NCBI RefSeq assembly: GCF_000284455.1
Contig: NC_017039.1
Span: 1,380,001-1,412,000 of the forward strand
Source: Synechocystis sp. PCC 6803 substr. PCC-P
GTDB lineage: Bacteria > Cyanobacteriota > Cyanobacteriia > Cyanobacteriales > Microcystaceae
Direction: 5' to 3'
DNA: 32,000 nucleotides
Position 1 is the stretch's first letter. The number at the start of each line of letters is the position of its first letter. Of this stretch, positions 30,022-32,000 are shown in pieces. The notes beneath the pieces were generated by a model. It was not told the origin of the DNA and did not search any database. It was given only the letters and a program-made list of their open reading frames with translations. The position numbers were made by a program, and so were the translations under genes.

Positions 30022-31071
30022 CTATCCCAAAGACCCTTTCAAACTGGCGATCGCCAACAGTAGTTGATCAATTTCCCCGTCAGTACCCACGGTAATGCGG
30101 AGATAATCGGTAATGCGGGGATGGTTAAAGTAACGCACCAGAATTTTCTTTTCCTTTAAGGCTTGGTACAGGTCAGCGGCGGCCATCCAACGGGGAGCGG
30201 CAAACACAAAATTGGCATCCGAGGGACATACCTGGAAATCTAACTCCGCCAATTGCTCCATTAAACGGGTGCGAGTGTGGCGTACCTTTTCCCAGAGGGG
30301 CACAAATTCAGCCTGGTTCCGTAAAGCGGCGGTGCCCAATACCTGGGCCAAACGATCCAAGTTGTAGGAATCCCGCACCTTATCCATTTCTTCAATCAAG
30401 GCCGGAGCGGCGATCGCCAAACCCACCCGCATCCCCGCCAGGCTATAACTCTTGGAAAGGGTACGGGAAATAATCACATTGTCAAACTCTTGCAGAAAGT
30501 CCCAATGGTCCTCGTCGGAAAAATCCCCGTAGGCTTCGTCAATGACCACTACTCCCTCCGCCTGGGCGCAGGTCTGCCAAAGGAATTCTCGATTTAAATG
30601 CTTGCCTTTGGGGGGATTGGGGGAAGCGAGGAAAATCAGTTTTGCCTCTGGACAAATCACCGGCCCGGTTAAATCAAAATTGGCATCGGTGGCAATTTTT
30701 TGTACCTTAGCCCCATGGACTGAGGCGATCGTTTCATATAGGGAGTAAGTAAGATCTAAAAAGGCAACAGTTTCCCCTGGATCGACAAAGGTACGCACCA
30801 CAATATTGAGAATATCGTCGGAGCCATTGCCTGCTAAAACCTGATTTAAATCCACTCCATACAAATCCGCCGCTGCTTGACGTAACTGGGTCGAAACGGG
30901 ATCAGGGTAAAGCCTTACTTTTGGTAACTCCGCTGCCACCGCTGCCAACACCTGGGCGGGAGGATCGTAGGGATTTTCGTTGGTGTTGAGCTTGATAAAA
31001 TCGTTGGTTTGGGGCTGTTCCCCAGGCACATAGGCGGGGGTATGACGGACGGACGGACGGATAGACACCAT
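30022..31071 (-). CDS. hisC: Histidinol-phosphate aminotransferase
   Basis: DFIKLNTNENPYDPP, LNQVLAGNGSDDILNIVVRTF, VVIDEAYGDFSD, VIISRTLSKSYSLAGMRVGLAIA (PLP lysine region), FNHPRITDYLRITVGT. ORF begins 31125; the start is likely MVSIRPSVRH at 31071. Confidence 0.93.
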   Translation of the reverse strand: MVSIRPSVRHTPAYVPGEQPQTNDFIKLNTNENPYDPPAQVLAAVAAELPKVRLYPDPVSTQLRQAAADLYGVDLNQVLAGNGSDDILNIVVRTFVDPGETVAFLDLTYSLYETIASVHGAKVQKIATDANFDLTGPVICPEAKLIFLASPNPPKGKHLNREFLWQTCAQAEGVVVIDEAYGDFSDEDHWDFLQEFDNVIISRTLSKSYSLAGMRVGLAIAAPALIEEMDKVRDSYNLDRLAQVLGTAALRNQAEFVPLWEKVRHTRTRLMEQLAELDFQVCPSDANFVFAAPRWMAAADLYQALKEKKILVRYFNHPRITDYLRITVGTDGEIDQLLLAIASLKGSLG

Positions 31072-31263
31072 TGCGCAATTACGATCAAAGGGGCAATAAA
31101 TCCCTTTGTTTAAAGCTTCTCCCATTACAGACCATACCCCGACACCGTTGCCGCTGTAAAGGCGACGTCTAGGAAAAAACAGGGGAAAGAATGCCCTTTG
31201 TTTGGGCTATTTTTTAGGGATGGATTGGGACGACATGGAGATATGCCATGGCCAAACTGCCAA

Positions 31264-31578
31264 TCAGTCACAGCAATGGCGGGGAACATAGGCTTGGGTT
31301 ACTTGGCCATAGGATTCCAGGTAATGCCGTAGATGGTGAAATTGTTCGGGATTGAGACGGTAATAAATCCAGCGGCCGTCCTGGCGAGTGTGCACCAATT
31401 CCGCATCCCGCAGGCGTTTGAGGTGAAAAGATAACTTGGATTGACTAATATTCAGTTGGTCGCAAAGGTCACAGACGCACTGTTCTTGATTTTCCAGCAG
31501 AGTTAGCACCTGGAGGCGAATAGGGTCAGACAAAGCTTGAAACCCGACACTGATTAGGTCTTTTTCCGTTGTTTTCAC
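31264..31578 (-). CDS. ArsR/SmtB-family transcriptional regulator with CVCDLC cysteine motif
   Basis: LSDPIRLQVLTLLENQEQCVCDLCDQLNISQSKLSFHLKRLRDAELVHTRQDGRWIYYRLNP, with C-terminal CC pair (VPRHCCD). Confidence 0.93.
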   Translation of the reverse strand: MKTTEKDLISVGFQALSDPIRLQVLTLLENQEQCVCDLCDQLNISQSKLSFHLKRLRDAELVHTRQDGRWIYYRLNPEQFHHLRHYLESYGQVTQAYVPRHCCD

Positions 31579-31949
31579 GACAATATAGAAAAATATGAGG
31601 ATATTAAAAATAATTTATGCGATTTTCTTGCGGATAACCACCGAAAAGCTCTGGATGTATTATGGTGTGAATTGATCCCATTCACCCCCCATCTAGCTAC
31701 GACATTACCCCACTGTGCAGGCTGATTGGGCAAAGATTCCGTTCAAAACTAGGGAGTGGGTTAGATGCTGGGGAAATGTAGCCAAATTCTTGCCCCCAAA
31801 AAGTAAAATTTTCGTTGATTTTGTACAAAATTTGACAAAACAGTGCTACCTTTCGTGGTGGATATTTTTGATCCAAACTAGTTGGCTAAACCTAGGCCTA
31901 AATTGAGCCTAACAAGAAATAAACTCTTTTTCCCTTTTTGAAGACGCAA

Positions 31950-32000
31950 ATGAAAAAGTACATTGCTGAATTTATTGGCACTTTTTGGTTAGTGCTTGGT
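31950..32000 (+). CDS. aqpZ: Aquaporin Z-like water channel (N-terminal 17 codons only)
   Basis: ATG at 31950 reads MKKYIAEFIGTFWLVLG, the typical AqpZ N-terminus; runs off the right edge. Confidence 0.8.
   Translation, partial: MKKYIAEFIGTFWLVLG

Noticed and set aside
31715-31906. 63-aa plus-strand ORF before aqpZ
   Set aside because: No recognisable domain, and its context fits an intergenic or leader region better.

Overview
The window looks like an ordinary stretch of chromosome from a unicellular cyanobacterium, very like Synechocystis sp. PCC 6803. That identification comes from recalled protein families and gene order, not from a search. HIP1 octamers (GCGATCGC) are very frequent. 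From left to right: (1) the edge-truncated C-terminal part of a minus-strand ORF with an N-terminal plant-type 2Fe-2S ferredoxin domain fused to a class III nucleotidyl cyclase, missing from the supplied ORF track; (2) a DUF2808-like protein, a peroxiredoxin-like protein and a LysR regulator; (3) an insertion-sequence scar with a frameshifted, 3'-truncated IS5-type transposase, a fragment of an unrelated gene and a two-frame IS1-type element; (4) an MFS transporter; (5) a pstS-pstC-pstA-pstB phosphate transport operon preceded by an exact 11-bp-period CTTAAT array (Pho/SphR box candidate); (6) a cyclophilin, a PCD/DCoH-like protein, a DUF389 membrane protein and a BI-1-like protein; (7) crtP (phytoene desaturase) and crtB (phytoene synthase); (8) a MAPEG protein, ureA, tRNA-Glu(UUC) and the GluR0-type glutamate-receptor potassium channel; (9) a SIMPL-domain gene with an unlisted 34-aa hydrophobic ORF overlapping its start; (10) a likely sulfur-handling cluster (ETHE1-like dioxygenase, unknown protein, rhodanese, TauE/SafE); (11) a GntR-type regulator, a hisC plus IMPase-like pair (possible HisN), an ArsR regulator and the first codons of aqpZ. 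I found no CRISPR array, defence island, retron or phage. The best leads are the Fe-S/cyclase fusion, the 34-aa ORF, the hisC/IMPase coupling, the IS scar and the sulfur cluster. None can be called a new system from sequence reading alone.
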